A DNA stretch of 64,000 nucleotides. It comes from Steroidobacteraceae bacterium. Its GTDB lineage: Bacteria > Pseudomonadota > Gammaproteobacteria > Steroidobacterales > Steroidobacteraceae. Below are positions 19,412-30,168 of the stretch, one piece after another. The DNA lies in assembly GCA_035566915.1 (NCBI GenBank), contig DATMPW010000073.1, positions 20,440 through 84,439 on the forward strand. Reading direction: 5' to 3'. The notes beneath the pieces are model-generated. The model ran no database searches, was not told where the DNA came from, and saw only the letters and a program-made list of their open reading frames with translations. Each line of letters starts with the position of its first letter. The first letter of the stretch is position 1. The position numbers and the translations under genes were made by a program.

Positions 19412-21592
19412 TCAGAACGACACTTTGACGCTGGCCGCGATGAAATCGCGATCGTTGAGCAGGTTGTACTGGCCGGCGCCGCCGTAGTTGCTGTATGAGA
19501 CGTCGAATTCCCACCTGTTGTGCAGGCTGGCCGTGAGACCCATGGTCACATCGATGCGGCCGTTGACGAAAGCGCCGCCGGGACCCGGCGAAACCCCGTT
19601 CACGTCCTGTACCCAGGTGAAGTGCGGCAGCAGGTTCCACTCGCCGATCGCGTTGTCGTACTCGAGCCGGCCTGCGACCACGTAGCCCCAGGCGAAGCTG
19701 GTCGCAAACGTCGAGCCCGGCTCGAAGCACTGGCCGAGCGGATTGCGATAGGAGCCCTTGACGCACTGGCCGTTGACGGCGGGAAACTGCGGATACCCGC
19801 CGAGATTCGGATTGCCGCTCAGGTTCGTGCCGGGCCCGTCGTAGCGCAAGCCGAACCCCTGCGGACCCCCGGTGAGCTTGTCCTCCAGGCCCGGCACGTA
19901 GTCGGCGCCTGCTTCGAAGATGAGCACTGCCTGGGAGGCCTTGAATACATTCGCCCAGATCTGCGTGGCGGTGAAGTCGAAGTGCCACGTGTCCTTCAAC
20001 TCATAGCCGTGGATTGTCTGACCGTTACCGTAGTTCGGAGCCGTCAGCAGGCCCGGCGCGACGAGCTGAACACAGTCACTGATCGGAGTGGGCGAATTCT
20101 TCGGGCACGTGCCGGGGTGCGGCTGCACTGCGCCACCGCTGAGAAGTCGCGCGGTGCCCGCCTCGAACGGCGTCAGCGACGCGTAGATCAACTCGACGTC
20201 ATCGATCTGCAGCGGCACGTTGTGGCGCCAGGCAACCTCGCCCTGGAGCGCGGTGCCGGTGCTCTGGAGCTGCGTGTTGAACGACAAGCCGAGCATCTTG
20301 ATGTTCTCGGGGAACTCCTCGAAGAACCCCTCGGTCGTGCTGTACTCGTGCGTCGCGAGGTTGGCCGCCTGGGCGTTGACGTTGCCTCCGACGAGGAGCG
20401 TGTTGGCGCCGATGGTGGCGTACTGCTGCGCGGTGGCGGCGCTCAGGTTGCCCCCCTGCGAGGCGGCGGCTTGTAGGCCCGCTCCAGTGCCGATTTTCAC
20501 AGCCGATGCGAGCGAGTTACCGGCGGCGATCGCCTGCGCGGCTGCGCCGACCGCATTGACGGCGCCGAAGGCGTTGCCGAGTCCCGCCTGCGAGCCGGTC
20601 TGCAGCGAGAGCAGCGGCACGCGGCTGGTGTAGTTGAGGAAGTACAAGCCAAGCTGCGTGCCCTGGCCGAAGTTCGGCAGGTAGTACTTGAAATTGATGC
20701 CGTACTGGCCCCCCTCGGAGGGCTTCTGATCGGGCAGCCGCGGTATCGTCTGGAAATCCGGGATCAGTCCGCCGCCGAGGGGACTGAAGTCCACGCCCTT
20801 ATCCGGAATCGCGCCGAAACCCAGGCGCACCTTGCCGCCGCCGGCGCCGGCGACGTCGCTGGTGCTGAAGTACGCCCCGGGCGGCTCGATGATGTCCGGA
20901 TGCCAGGTGAACAGGTAGAAGAGCTGCGTGCTCAGGTCCTTGGTGAGCTGTGAATTGAACAGCGCCATCGTGTCCGGCAGCAGCGCCTGCTTGAGCTCCG
21001 CCCCGGGAACCTGCAGCGCAGTGACGTCGAAATAATTGACCGAGTTGAGTCCGCCCGGAATGAAGGTGCTCTCACCCCAGTCCACCACCTGCCGTCCAAG
21101 ACGCAACTCGGAGGGCAAGCTGCCGAGATCGAAGCGCAGGTAGCCGAAGGCGTCGAGCAGGCGCGTGTAGCTGCCGACCACGCCCTTGGCTTCATGAGTG
21201 AGGGGTATGTGATCGACGTCATTAGCCATCACGGAGAAATCGTACAGACCCGAGGCCCGCACGAAGAATCCCGCCTTGTCGCGGTAGTTGACGCCGAGCT
21301 CCGTCACCCCGGTCAGCGCCTTGGTGTACAGCGCCTTGCGGAGGTAGTTCAGGTCGCCATTGTCGATGTTGGGGGAGTAGCCGCAGCCGCCGTTGGCGAT
21401 CGCAATCAGCCGGCAATCGGGATTCACTATGCGCCAGCCCATGCCGTAGCCGATGGTGGTGTCCCAGCTCCCGGTCCAATCGCCCGAATCGCTGCGGAAA
21501 CTGATGGCATGAGCGCCTGGCGATGCACCGGCCGCCAGACAGGCGGCCAGCGCTGCGATCCCAGGGGCACGCCCGGTGTGAACCTTCCTCAT
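19412..21592 (-). CDS. DUF1302 outer-membrane protein
   Basis: The 726-aa product has a signal peptide ending in AHA, the DSGDWTGSWDTTIGYG N-terminal block and a C-terminal F. It is the first gene of the four-gene cluster. Confidence 0.8.
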   Translation of the reverse strand: MRKVHTGRAPGIAALAACLAAGASPGAHAISFRSDSGDWTGSWDTTIGYGMGWRIVNPDCRLIAIANGGCGYSPNIDNGDLNYLRKALYTKALTGVTELGVNYRDKAGFFVRASGLYDFSVMANDVDHIPLTHEAKGVVGSYTRLLDAFGYLRFDLGSLPSELRLGRQVVDWGESTFIPGGLNSVNYFDVTALQVPGAELKQALLPDTMALFNSQLTKDLSTQLFYLFTWHPDIIEPPGAYFSTSDVAGAGGGKVRLGFGAIPDKGVDFSPLGGGLIPDFQTIPRLPDQKPSEGGQYGINFKYYLPNFGQGTQLGLYFLNYTSRVPLLSLQTGSQAGLGNAFGAVNAVGAAAQAIAAGNSLASAVKIGTGAGLQAAASQGGNLSAATAQQYATIGANTLLVGGNVNAQAANLATHEYSTTEGFFEEFPENIKMLGLSFNTQLQSTGTALQGEVAWRHNVPLQIDDVELIYASLTPFEAGTARLLSGGAVQPHPGTCPKNSPTPISDCVQLVAPGLLTAPNYGNGQTIHGYELKDTWHFDFTATQIWANVFKASQAVLIFEAGADYVPGLEDKLTGGPQGFGLRYDGPGTNLSGNPNLGGYPQFPAVNGQCVKGSYRNPLGQCFEPGSTFATSFAWGYVVAGRLEYDNAIGEWNLLPHFTWVQDVNGVSPGPGGAFVNGRIDVTMGLTASLHNRWEFDVSYSNYGGAGQYNLLNDRDFIAASVKVSF

Positions 21593-21779
21593 GTGTTCCC
21601 CCCTGCTCCCTTGCAGACTGTGGGCCGCATCCTTTCAGCCTCGACTCCGTCTGCCAGGAAGGCTGCTTGCGTCAGTTGAGCACAGTGTGCAGCGAACCCC
21701 GTCGCGTTCTTGTTTGTTGCGCAAAACAAACCCGCGTGCGGGCAGTCTATTACTCGGCGGCGCAGCGCGGCAAGCGCTG

Positions 21780-24206
21780 TCAGCCGTGCACAATCTGCAG
21801 AATGCTGTGACGCAGCTGCTCGCTGAGGACGAACTGTGCGTCCTGCGCCACAAGCACGAGGACCTCGTCGAATTCGAGTCGCCCGCCGGCGCGGGCGTGA
21901 ATGACTCCGCGGCCACGCAGCAGGCCGATGAAGTTCGCAAACATCGCTCTGTCGAAGAACTCCGGTGAGTTGAGGCCGTAAAGCACGCTCATGCGCTGCG
22001 CGGTCTGCTGGCAGCGTTCCTCGAGGTCCGCCTGCGTGATCTCCCCGCTTCCGGCCACCACCAGCTGCGCCACCACCACGTAGTAGCGCTCGATGATCTG
22101 GAGGGTCGCCTGCGCCAATAGCGAAAGCTGCATGGCCTGCGCCGAGGCGGGCGGCGGCCGCTGCCAACCGCCTTCCGGGTGCGGCTCGATGAGTGCGTGT
22201 GCCGCGAGGCAGCTGAGCGAAGCCTCCACGACCGCGGGCAGCTCCGCTTCGCTCCAACGCAGGAACAGCTCCGCGCCTATGTAGGGATAGACGCGCCAGG
22301 CCAGGCGCTGGATGTCGGGCGTCGACACCCGCGCATTGCTCACGAAAACGCATGCGATCAGCGAGGGCAGCGCGAACAGGTGCAATACGTTGTTGCGGAA
22401 ATAGGTGGCGAGTACCGCGTTCTCGACGGTCATGCGCACCATGTCCCCGAGCCGGTGCGGCTCGCGCCCGATGAGGCGCAGCGACTCTCCGTACGCGAGC
22501 ATCTCGGTGCCGCTGAGCGTGGTGACGGTTACCCGGTTGCTGTAGGGGAAAGATATGAGCAGGGAGCGATAGAGCTCGAGCTGCCGCACCAGGTCCGCCT
22601 CCGGCAGTGCCTGGCGTGGCATCGCTAGCAGCGCGAGCGCCAGCAGGTTAACCGGGGTCACCGCCGCCGCGGAATTGATGTTGCGCATGATGCGCTCGGC
22701 GAGCTCATCCATCGCCGCCGCGAGCCACGGAGCACGCGCCTCCTCATCGAAGCGCCGCGTGCGCCATTCGCGCTCGTGGCGGTCGAGGATCTCTTCGAGC
22801 GCAATCGGCTCGCCGAGGTTCACGTGCACCTTGCCGAAGCGCTCCCGCAGCACCCGCCATGAGCCGAGGAGTCCCCGGATGCTCTCCTTCTCCTTGGGTC
22901 GCCCCGAGAGCTCGCCCACGTAGGTCGCACCCTCGACCAGGCGCTCGTAGCCGAAATAGACCGGCACGAACACCACCGGGCGCGCGGGATCGGCGAGGAA
23001 GCTGCGCACGGTCATCAACAGCATCCCGGTCTTCGGCTGCAGCAGCCGCCCCGTGCGGCTGCGACCGCCCTCGATGAAGTACTCGATCGCGTGTCCTCGG
23101 CGCATGATCGCGGCGAGGTACTTCATGAACACGACCGTGTAGAGCTTGTTGCCGGCGAAACTGCGGCGAATGAAGAAGCCGCCTCCCTTGCGCAGGAAGC
23201 GGCCGACGACCGGCAGGTTGAGATTGACGCCCGCGGCGGTGTGCGGCACGGCGTAGCCGTGCACGTAGATGGCGTAGCCGAGCAGCAGGTAGTCCATATG
23301 GCTGCGGTGACAGGGAACGTAGATGATCTCATTCCCTTCCGCGACCGCCGCGAGGGTCTCGGCGTGGCCGAATACCACGCCGTCATACAGCCGGTTCCAC
23401 AGCCAGCCGAGCGCGTGCTCCATGAAGCGCACGAAGGCGTGCGAATAGTTGGCGGCGATCTCCCAGGCGTAGCCGCGGGCGCGCTGCAGCGCCCTGTGGC
23501 GCGGAATATGCCGCTCGCGCACTTCCTGGGCCACTGCCGCACGCACCGCGCGCGTGCGCAGCACGCGATTGACGATGGTGCGACGATGCGAGAGGTCCGG
23601 GCCAATGCGTGCGGCGCGGCGCCGGGCGTAGAGGGCGCGCAGCGTACGTGCTACGCGCTTGCCGAGCAGCGCGCCCGCGCGCTCCTCCCCGAGCAGCGCG
23701 CGCAGCGACAGCGGCTCATCGAGCTCGATGAGCGTATCGCGGCCGTTGAGCAGCACCTGCATGAACTTACGTGCGCGGCTACCGACGCCGAAATCCTCGC
23801 TCAGCAGCAGCCGCAGCCACGAGGCTTCCTTTTGCGGTGCGCGTCCCCAGTAGACAGCGGCCGGCACCAGGTCGAAATCCACCTCCGGATCGGCGCGCAG
23901 CGCGGCGATCATCTGCGCGAGCTGCCGCGGTGGCCGCCGGTCGATCCGGCGCGCGATGAATCCCCGTGACTGCGTCAGCCAGAAATAGGAGCGCAGCTCG
24001 CGCGTACCGCCCCCGAGCCGCCTGCCCGGGCGCGGGATGTGGAGCTGCGCGCACGCCTGCTGCAGCACGGCGAGGTCGGCGGCGCTGCGCTGCTCGAGCA
24101 CGTAGCACAGTGGTCGCGGCCGGGCGCGCAACTGCTCGGCGGTATCCTCCGGCAGCACCTTGAATCGCACCCAGATCGCGAGCACCCGCCGCAGCAGCCA
24201 GTTCAT
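21780..24206 (-). CDS. plsB: glycerol-3-phosphate 1-O-acyltransferase
   Basis: The 808-aa product has the HxxxxD acyltransferase motif in YVPCHRSHMDYLLL, followed by FFIRRSF and IEGGRSRTGRLL blocks as in PlsB. Confidence 0.92.
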   Translation of the reverse strand: MNWLLRRVLAIWVRFKVLPEDTAEQLRARPRPLCYVLEQRSAADLAVLQQACAQLHIPRPGRRLGGGTRELRSYFWLTQSRGFIARRIDRRPPRQLAQMIAALRADPEVDFDLVPAAVYWGRAPQKEASWLRLLLSEDFGVGSRARKFMQVLLNGRDTLIELDEPLSLRALLGEERAGALLGKRVARTLRALYARRRAARIGPDLSHRRTIVNRVLRTRAVRAAVAQEVRERHIPRHRALQRARGYAWEIAANYSHAFVRFMEHALGWLWNRLYDGVVFGHAETLAAVAEGNEIIYVPCHRSHMDYLLLGYAIYVHGYAVPHTAAGVNLNLPVVGRFLRKGGGFFIRRSFAGNKLYTVVFMKYLAAIMRRGHAIEYFIEGGRSRTGRLLQPKTGMLLMTVRSFLADPARPVVFVPVYFGYERLVEGATYVGELSGRPKEKESIRGLLGSWRVLRERFGKVHVNLGEPIALEEILDRHEREWRTRRFDEEARAPWLAAAMDELAERIMRNINSAAAVTPVNLLALALLAMPRQALPEADLVRQLELYRSLLISFPYSNRVTVTTLSGTEMLAYGESLRLIGREPHRLGDMVRMTVENAVLATYFRNNVLHLFALPSLIACVFVSNARVSTPDIQRLAWRVYPYIGAELFLRWSEAELPAVVEASLSCLAAHALIEPHPEGGWQRPPPASAQAMQLSLLAQATLQIIERYYVVVAQLVVAGSGEITQADLEERCQQTAQRMSVLYGLNSPEFFDRAMFANFIGLLRGRGVIHARAGGRLEFDEVLVLVAQDAQFVLSEQLRHSILQIVHG

Positions 24207-24254
24207 GCCGGATATGATGAGCCCAGACGCCGCGCGGGCGGGCGCCGCCGACGC

Positions 24255-24791
24255 CTACTCGAAGGCGATCGCAGGCAGGTCGAGGGCAATGAGAAAATAC
24301 TCGAACAGGTACTGGATCACCCGCACCTGGTTGTGCAGGCGGTGATCGCTCTCGACCAGGTGCAGCGCGCAGCGATACGCATGGGAAAAGCGCACGCTGT
24401 GCTCGTAGGGAACCACATCGTCGCGCCAGCCGTGCACCACCGCCGCGGGACAGTCGAGCACGCCGCTGCGCAGCTCCGGCAACCCCTGCATGTAGAGCGC
24501 CGGCGCCATGAGAAATACACCGCGGGCGTGCAGGAGCGAGGCCGAGGCGACCGCAACATAACCGCCGAGACTCGAGCCGACCAGCACCAGATCGCCGGTG
24601 AGCTCCTTGCAGAACTCCACCAGCCGCGCTACGCGAGCGCGGGGCTCATCGATGCCGCGGTAATCCACCGAGTGCGCGTCGTATCCTTCGGCGCGTGCCA
24701 CCTCGGCGAGAGCCGTGATCTTGCGTCCCCAGGGTCCGGCTTCCTGACCGTGAGAGAAGACGACATGGCGGGAAGTCACGGGCGCGTGCAT
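24255..24791 (-). CDS. alpha/beta-fold hydrolase (small esterase-like)
   Basis: ATG at 24791. The nucleophile elbow is GSSLGG, and a late D/H pair (DDVVP ... SDHRL) is present. The product is about 178 aa. Confidence 0.7.
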   Translation of the reverse strand: MHAPVTSRHVVFSHGQEAGPWGRKITALAEVARAEGYDAHSVDYRGIDEPRARVARLVEFCKELTGDLVLVGSSLGGYVAVASASLLHARGVFLMAPALYMQGLPELRSGVLDCPAAVVHGWRDDVVPYEHSVRFSHAYRCALHLVESDHRLHNQVRVIQYLFEYFLIALDLPAIAFE

Positions 24792-24835
24792 GGCAGGGCA
24801 TCCGGCGCTGGGAGCTGCAGTCGCATGGGCGAATA

Positions 24836-27800
24836 ATGCAGGCAATGGAAACCCCAAGCCAAGCGCCGCTCGTTCCTGCCCGCCGCGCAGGCTGGCAGTT
24901 CTGGATCGATCGTGGCGGAACGTTCACCGATGTGATCGGGGTCGCGCCCGAGGGTGTGCTGCATGTGCGCAAGGTGCCCTCGATCGCGATGGATGCAGCG
25001 GCCGGCGATCCGGGCGTGCGCGCGGCGCGTGCCATCCTGGCGGAGGCGGCGCGGAGCACGGGTGCTGCGCCCTCGGCTCCCGTCGCAGCGGTGAAGGTCG
25101 GCACCACGGTCGCCACCAATGCCCTGCTCACGCGCAGTGGCGAGCCGGTCGTTCTGGTGACTACCGCCGGGTTCGGTGAGGCGCTGCGCATCGGCTACCA
25201 GAATCGTCCGGATATCTTCGCGCGCAACATCGTGCTGCCCAAGCGGCTGTACGCGAGCGTGATCGAGGCGCAGGAACGCATCGATGCCGAAGGTGCGGTG
25301 CTGTTGCCGCTCGACCTGCCGCAGCTGCGCGCAGAGCTCACGCGAGCGCGCGCTGCCGGGCGTCGTGCGGTCGCCATCGTGCTCCTGCATGGCTGGCGCC
25401 ATACACAGCACGAGCGTGCCGCCGCGGCGTGCGCCCGTGAGATGGGGTTCGAGGAAGTGTCGGTATCGCACGAGCTCTCGCCGCTCGTGCGCTACGTCGT
25501 CCGCGGCGATACGACAGTGCTCAACGCCTACCTGGCGCCCCCACTGCGCGGCTATCTGCGTACCCTTCAGAGCGAAGTGCGCGCCCTCGATGCCGGCGCG
25601 CGCCTCGCGCTCATGCAGAGCAACGGCGGGCTCGCTGCGGCGGAGCGTTTTCATGCGATGTCGAGTGTGCTCTCGGGGCCAGCGGGAGGCCTGATCGGCA
25701 TGCGCTGGGTCGGGGAACGCCTGCACTATTCTCGTCTTATTGGCTTCGACATGGGCGGCACCTCGACCGATGTCTCGCTGATCGATGGCGAGCTGCCACA
25801 ACGCTTCGAGCACACAATTGCCGGTGTGCGCCTCACGCAGCCGATGCTCGATGTGCACAGCATTGCCGCCGGCGGCGGCTCCATACTGAGCTACCGTGAC
25901 GGCCGCTTTGCCGTCGGCCCCTCTTCCGCGGGGGCGGATCCCGGTCCCGCCTGCTACGGACGCGGCGGGCCACTCACCCTCACCGATGTGCAGGTGCTGC
26001 TCGGGCACCTGCGCCCGGACACCCTGCCTGCGGTGTTCGGCCCCGAGGGTCGCGCGCGGATCGACGCCCGCGTGGTCGTAGAGAAATTCGGCGCGCTCGC
26101 CGCGCGGGCGGCGAGCGAGGTCGCGGGCGGCTGTTCCGCGGAGATGGTCGCCGAATCGTTCCTCGAAGTGGGCGTGGAGTCGATGGCCAACGCCATTCGC
26201 CAGGTGTCCACGCGTCAGGGACTCGACGCCGGTGACTTCACGCTTTTCTGCTTTGGCGGCGCCGCCGGGCAGCACGCATGCCGCGTGGCACGCGCGGCCG
26301 GTGTGCGACGCGTGCTGGTCCACCCGCTCGCCAGCGTACTCTCGGCGTTGGGTATCGGTGTGGCCGACCGCCTGGCGGTGCGCCGTGCGAGTCTGCGCAC
26401 GGAGCTGAGCGCAGCAGGACTCGCCGCGGCACAGCGTGCGCTCGAGCGCCTGGGTGCGCAGGCGCGTGCCGAGCTCGCCGCCGACGGCAGTGAGCCGCAG
26501 AAGGTGCGGCTCACGGAGCTGCTCGAGCTGCGCGCCGGCGACAGCGAGGTCACCCTCTCGGTGCCGCTGGCGGCGCTCGATGAGGTCCGGGCGCGATTCC
26601 ATACCGAGCATCTGCGGCGCTTCGGCTTCGCCGCGCGGGCGCTCGAGGTGATCATCGAAGCGCTGCGGGTGGAGGCACGTGCTCCTTCTGTCGAGCTCAC
26701 CTCGCTCAGTTTCCCGCCTCCGGCCGCGATCGCGGGCCTGCCGCAGCAGGCGCGCGCCTGGTTCGGGGCATGGCGCCAAGTGCCGGTGGTGGCACAGGGC
26801 GCACTGCGCGGGCCGCTCAGGGGACCGGCGCTCATCGTCGAGCCCAACAGCACCGTGGTGCTCGAGGAAGGCTGGCGTGCACAGCCCCTCGCAGGCGGTG
26901 AGCTGCTGCTCGAGGATGAGGGCGCGGCAGCGGGAGTGAGGACCGCGACCGCGGATCCTGCCCGCGTCGAGATCTTCAACAACCTGTTCATGCACATCGC
27001 GGAGCAGATGGGTGAAGTGCTGAAAGCGACCGCGCAGTCAGTCAACATCCGCGAGCGGCTCGATTACTCGTGCGCGCTGTTCGACCGCACGGGTGCGCTC
27101 ATCGCCAATGCACCGCACATGCCCGTGCACCTCGGCTCGATGGGTGCGAGCGTGCGCGCGGTCATGCGCGCGCAGGCGGCAAACCTCGTCTGCGGGGATT
27201 CGTGGCTCCTCAACAGCCCGTATCACGGCGGCACGCATCTGCCTGACATCACGGTGGTCACCCCGGTGTTCATGGCCGCACGCGGGCAGCCTGACTTCTT
27301 CGTCGCCTCGCGGGCGCACCACGCCGACATCGGGGGGATGACACCGGGGTCCATGCCTCCCTTCAGCCGCAGCATCGGGGAGGAAGGCGTTTTGTTCGAG
27401 TGCTTCCACCTCGTGCAGGGTGGCACCCTGCGCGAGGGCGAGCTGCGGGCGCAGCTCGCCGCCGGGCCCTGGCCAGCACGCAACCCGGGGCAGAATGTCG
27501 CAGACCTGCGCGCACAGCTCGCCGCCAATGCACGTGGCTGTGCCGAGCTCGAGCGTGCCGGGCGCCGGCACGGGCTCGACACCGTGCACCAGTACATGCA
27601 TCACGTGCAGCAGAACGCCGCGCAGTGCGTGCGGCGCGCCATCGCCAGGCTCTCGGCCGGGACCTTTCGCTACGAGCTGGACGATGGCTCGGCGATCGCG
27701 GTGCGCATCGACATCGACCACGCGGGGCAGCGTGCACGGGTGGATTTCACCGGCACCTCGCCGCAAGGAGTGCACAACTTCAATGCGCCACGCGCGGTGT

Positions 27801-28486
27801 GCACCGCTGCCGTGCTGTACGTGTTCCGCACTCTCATCGAGGAGCCGATTCCGCTCAACGAGGGCTGTCTCGCACCGCTCGACATCGTGATTCCGCCGGG
27901 CTCGATGCTCGACCCGCAGGCGCCCGCCGCCGTCGCAGCCGGGAATGTAGAGACCTCGCAGTGCATCGTCGATGCACTCTACGGTGCACTCGGCGTCCTC
28001 GCCGCGTCCCAGGGAACCATGAACAACCTCACCTTCGGCGACGCGCAGCTGCAGTACTACGAGACCATTGCCGGCGGTGCGGGCGCGGGGCCCGATTTCG
28101 ACGGCTGCGATGCCGTGCAGACGCACATGACCAACTCACGGCTCACCGATCCGGAGATACTGGAGGGGCGCTTCCCGGTGCTGGTGCGGGAATTTGCAAT
28201 CCGCCGTGGCTCCGGCGGTGCCGGTCGCCATCATGGCGGTGACGGCGTCGCAAGGAGGCTTCGGTTCCGAGGCGCTCTCTCCGGGGCGCTGCTCGCGAAT
28301 CACCGCCGCATCGCGCCTTTCGGCCTTGCCGGCGGCGCAGAGGGGGCCCACGGTGAAGCGTTCATCAGGCGCATCGACGGCACGCTCGAGCGCCTGGGCG
28401 CAACCGCGCGATTCGAGGTAGCGGCGGGAGATGAGCTCACGATCCTCACTCCAGGCGGCGGGGGGTTCGGAGCTCCTGGCGGCTAG
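24836..28486 (+). CDS. fused hydantoinase A/B-type 5-oxoprolinase (ATP-hydrolysing)
   Basis: The 1216-aa product starts with [16 protein letters not shown] (HyuA N-terminus). The HyuB-like C-terminal half contains DYSCALFD...[10 protein letters not shown] and [12 protein letters not shown]. Confidence 0.9.
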   Translation: MQAMETPSQAPLVPARRAGWQFWIDRGGTFTDVIGVAPEGVLHVRKVPSIAMDAAAGDPGVRAARAILAEAARSTGAAPSAPVAAVKVGTTVATNALLTRSGEPVVLVTTAGFGEALRIGYQNRPDIFARNIVLPKRLYASVIEAQERIDAEGAVLLPLDLPQLRAELTRARAAGRRAVAIVLLHGWRHTQHERAAAACAREMGFEEVSVSHELSPLVRYVVRGDTTVLNAYLAPPLRGYLRTLQSEVRALDAGARLALMQSNGGLAAAERFHAMSSVLSGPAGGLIGMRWVGERLHYSRLIGFDMGGTSTDVSLIDGELPQRFEHTIAGVRLTQPMLDVHSIAAGGGSILSYRDGRFAVGPSSAGADPGPACYGRGGPLTLTDVQVLLGHLRPDTLPAVFGPEGRARIDARVVVEKFGALAARAASEVAGGCSAEMVAESFLEVGVESMANAIRQVSTRQGLDAGDFTLFCFGGAAGQHACRVARAAGVRRVLVHPLASVLSALGIGVADRLAVRRASLRTELSAAGLAAAQRALERLGAQARAELAADGSEPQKVRLTELLELRAGDSEVTLSVPLAALDEVRARFHTEHLRRFGFAARALEVIIEALRVEARAPSVELTSLSFPPPAAIAGLPQQARAWFGAWRQVPVVAQGALRGPLRGPALIVEPNSTVVLEEGWRAQPLAGGELLLEDEGAAAGVRTATADPARVEIFNNLFMHIAEQMGEVLKATAQSVNIRERLDYSCALFDRTGALIANAPHMPVHLGSMGASVRAVMRAQAANLVCGDSWLLNSPYHGGTHLPDITVVTPVFMAARGQPDFFVASRAHHADIGGMTPGSMPPFSRSIGEEGVLFECFHLVQGGTLREGELRAQLAAGPWPARNPGQNVADLRAQLAANARGCAELERAGRRHGLDTVHQYMHHVQQNAAQCVRRAIARLSAGTFRYELDDGSAIAVRIDIDHAGQRARVDFTGTSPQGVHNFNAPRAVCTAAVLYVFRTLIEEPIPLNEGCLAPLDIVIPPGSMLDPQAPAAVAAGNVETSQCIVDALYGALGVLAASQGTMNNLTFGDAQLQYYETIAGGAGAGPDFDGCDAVQTHMTNSRLTDPEILEGRFPVLVREFAIRRGSGGAGRHHGGDGVARRLRFRGALSGALLANHRRIAPFGLAGGAEGAHGEAFIRRIDGTLERLGATARFEVAAGDELTILTPGGGGFGAPGG

Positions 28487-28498
28487 CCTGTCGCGGGC

Positions 28499-30112
28499 CT
28501 ATCCACGAAGAATCGAGGTTTCGATCTCCCACTCCACGCGCTGCTTCGAGGTCGCCGAGCGATTCACGGACACCGGCCGCACACGGCTCGCGCCGGCGCG
28601 CTGAGTCACGAGCCAGGTGTTGAATTCCCCGGGCTTGCTCGTGGCGAAGCCGAACAGCAGGTTGAACTTGCCCTCCGCGAGGGTCTGTGGACGATTCACC
28701 CGCTCATCGGCGATGACGAAGTGCGATTCCTCGGCGCCCGCTCCTGCGAATGCTCCCTGCGCGGCGAGCTCATCGAGGAAATTCTCGACCTGGGCCTGGG
28801 CGCGCTTCCAAGTCGATGGTCCGTTGTGCTCCAGCGGCACCCAGCGGGTCCCCTGCTCGACACTCGCCGCCACGAAGAGCGCCAGGCGCCGCGCCGAGAG
28901 GTATCGCGATTCCGGAGCCCCGCTGCCGCCCGCGGCGAGCGTACGCGGGCTGATGCCGTTGCGCGAGCCGGTGCGCACCGCGAGCAGCGTGTTCACCCCC
29001 GCCTGCGCGAGGCGCGCGCGATCGGCATCCGAGACGGCCACCGCGGGACGCAGGCCCGGACGCAGCACCGCCTCCTCGCTTTCCGCAGCTGCCCACACCG
29101 GCCAGATCTCGTCGGAGCGCGCGATCCCCCCTGCGGCAGCACCACACGAAGCGAAGGTCTCGACGCGACCCCGCAACCGGTCGAAGGCCTGCACCCGCGG
29201 GAAGTACATGACGGCGCTGTCGCTGCGAAACGGCCAGCTGCGCAAGCCCTCGAGAGCCGCGCGAGCGGAGGTCCAGGCTGCGGGCGGGTCCACCACGAGC
29301 AGCGCGTGATGCTCGCGGCATACGCGTGCCGCGACGAGCAACGTCGAAAGCCCCACGTCGCGATCGCGCGCCAGCGGCGGAACGCACAACAGGTTGAAGC
29401 CCGCCGCCCCGCCGAGCGCGAACAGCCCGGCGCCGCTGCCAGCGGCGCCGATGATGTCGTAATCGGTGAGCGGCGCCCCGTCGTCGCCGTCCGGGTTGGA
29501 GAGTGTGTAACCGACCGCAACGCCCCCGGGGCCGCTCGCAGAGCGATCCGGACGCTGCGCGGGAGGCTCGCCCAGCACTCGTACGAGGCGCGATTCGAGC
29601 AGCACGTCCACGACGAACCGTCCCGAGGCGCGCGCCACCGATAAGCGCCGGTAGATCTCCTGGTCCTCGACCAGCTCCGAGCCCGCGGTGCGCACGCGCT
29701 GCACGACGAGGTTGAAACGCTCCGGCTCGGTCGCGGTCAGCCCGTCGTAATCCACCGAAGCACGCAGGTACTCCCGCGAGCCGGGGTTCAAAGCCGTGAG
29801 GCGCAGCGCGCCGCGACCGGCAGGCAGAGTCAGTGTCGGCGGCCGCGCACCGTTGGCGACGCGCACGATGCGCGCCTCACGGCCGCCATTCTCGAAGAAC
29901 TGCTCGACCGCGTAGGCGAGCGTCGAGGGCTGCCACAGGCCGCCGAAGTGCTGCTGGTACTCGTTGAAACTGTGGACCGTGAGAGCCTGATCGACCGGCC
30001 CCTTGAGAGTGCGGCCGATGAATGCCGCGACGGCAGTCGGCACACGCTCGATCGCGTGGTGGTCACGGCTTTGTTGTGCGAGTTGTACGCCGGACGCGGG
30101 GCTGTCGGCCAC
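28499..30112 (-). CDS. phage/contractile-injection-system tail sheath family protein (orphan)
   Basis: The N-terminus VPTAVAAFIGRTLKGPVDQALTVHSFNEYQQHFGG...AVEQFFENGGREARIVRV matches the sheath pattern. The C-terminus SRYLSARRLALFV...WVPLEHNGPSTWKRAQAQVENFLDELAAQGAFAG...HFVIADERVN...GKFNLLFGFATSKPGEFNTWLV runs parallel to Afp/PVC-type sheath proteins. The start is GTG with GAGG 7 nt upstream. Confidence 0.8.
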   Translation of the reverse strand: MADSPASGVQLAQQSRDHHAIERVPTAVAAFIGRTLKGPVDQALTVHSFNEYQQHFGGLWQPSTLAYAVEQFFENGGREARIVRVANGARPPTLTLPAGRGALRLTALNPGSREYLRASVDYDGLTATEPERFNLVVQRVRTAGSELVEDQEIYRRLSVARASGRFVVDVLLESRLVRVLGEPPAQRPDRSASGPGGVAVGYTLSNPDGDDGAPLTDYDIIGAAGSGAGLFALGGAAGFNLLCVPPLARDRDVGLSTLLVAARVCREHHALLVVDPPAAWTSARAALEGLRSWPFRSDSAVMYFPRVQAFDRLRGRVETFASCGAAAGGIARSDEIWPVWAAAESEEAVLRPGLRPAVAVSDADRARLAQAGVNTLLAVRTGSRNGISPRTLAAGGSGAPESRYLSARRLALFVAASVEQGTRWVPLEHNGPSTWKRAQAQVENFLDELAAQGAFAGAGAEESHFVIADERVNRPQTLAEGKFNLLFGFATSKPGEFNTWLVTQRAGASRVRPVSVNRSATSKQRVEWEIETSILRG

Positions 30113-30168
30113 TCAAGCGCCTCAGTGAATCTGCCCGCGTGATTCTAACACAGCGTGTCAGCGCGTGG

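Noticed and set aside
19362-19988. The N-terminal 209-codon extension of the DUF1329 ORF as tracked (17997..19988).
   Set aside because: The extension overlaps the 3' part of the DUF1302 gene and is Arg-rich nonsense. It also precedes a perfectly good GGAGG + ATG + signal peptide at 19361.
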